From positions 1 through 25,956 of IMG/VR virus record IMGVR_UViG_3300022072_000117: a stretch of DNA of 25,956 bases. One strand, 5' to 3'. The position numbers and the translations under genes are program-made. Of the stretch, positions 25,856 through 25,956 are shown in pieces. The stretch is from a virus. Taxonomy: Duplodnaviria; Caudoviricetes. The first letter of the stretch is position 1. Each line of letters starts with the position of its first letter. Below the pieces are notes generated by a model that ran no database searches, was not told the origin of the DNA, and was given only the letters and a program-made list of their open reading frames with translations.

Positions 25856-25956
25856 AAACACATTGTTTAAAGTACAAGCAGAATGCATAGACGACGACTC
25901 TAATTTAGCTTATGAGTGTGGCGCATTATATGTAAAAGATGAAGAGTTAATAGGGG
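25848..25956 (+). CDS. hypothetical protein, truncated by the window end
   Basis: ATG overlapping the protease gene end; open to the window edge. Confidence 0.5.
   Translation, partial: MAKNTLFKVQAECIDDDSNLAYECGALYVKDEELIG

Noticed and set aside
1-25956. tRNA/rRNA genes, integrase, or stop-codon reassignment
   Set aside because: No cloverleaf or rRNA-like sequence and no recombinase motifs were seen; genes are intact and densely packed under the standard code.

Overview
A 26-kb segment of an AT-rich tailed dsDNA phage or prophage, probably a siphovirus. The host is most likely Bacteroidota/Flavobacteriia, judged from TAnnTTTG promoters, AATTATG starts without Shine-Dalgarno sites and a DUF3127-type SSB. 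Almost all genes are on the + strand. Order: small early genes, metallophosphoesterase and DNA methyltransferase; replication (DnaA-domain-IV-like protein, initiator with internal iterons, helicase); recombination (NinG, Rad52/Sak-like annealase, YqaJ-like nuclease, SSB); phage sigma factor; GIY-YIG, terS and terL; then tail genes, tape measure, a reverse-strand ParB-like moron and a prohead protease. The most notable signal is a set of integron attC-like sites (TAAC...hairpin...GTTA) delimiting gene cassettes in the early region, with no integrase in the window. One ORF starts inside a long attC-like loop and reads through the predicted crossover into the next cassette, which would give a shufflable two-part protein. 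Other highlights: two covarying kissing-loop/terminator leader RNAs, a recurring ACAA-N15-GT promoter next to start codons, a candidate small RNA, an unannotated -1 frameshift product and an RNAP alpha-CTD-like early protein. All calls come from reading motifs by eye; no database searches were run.
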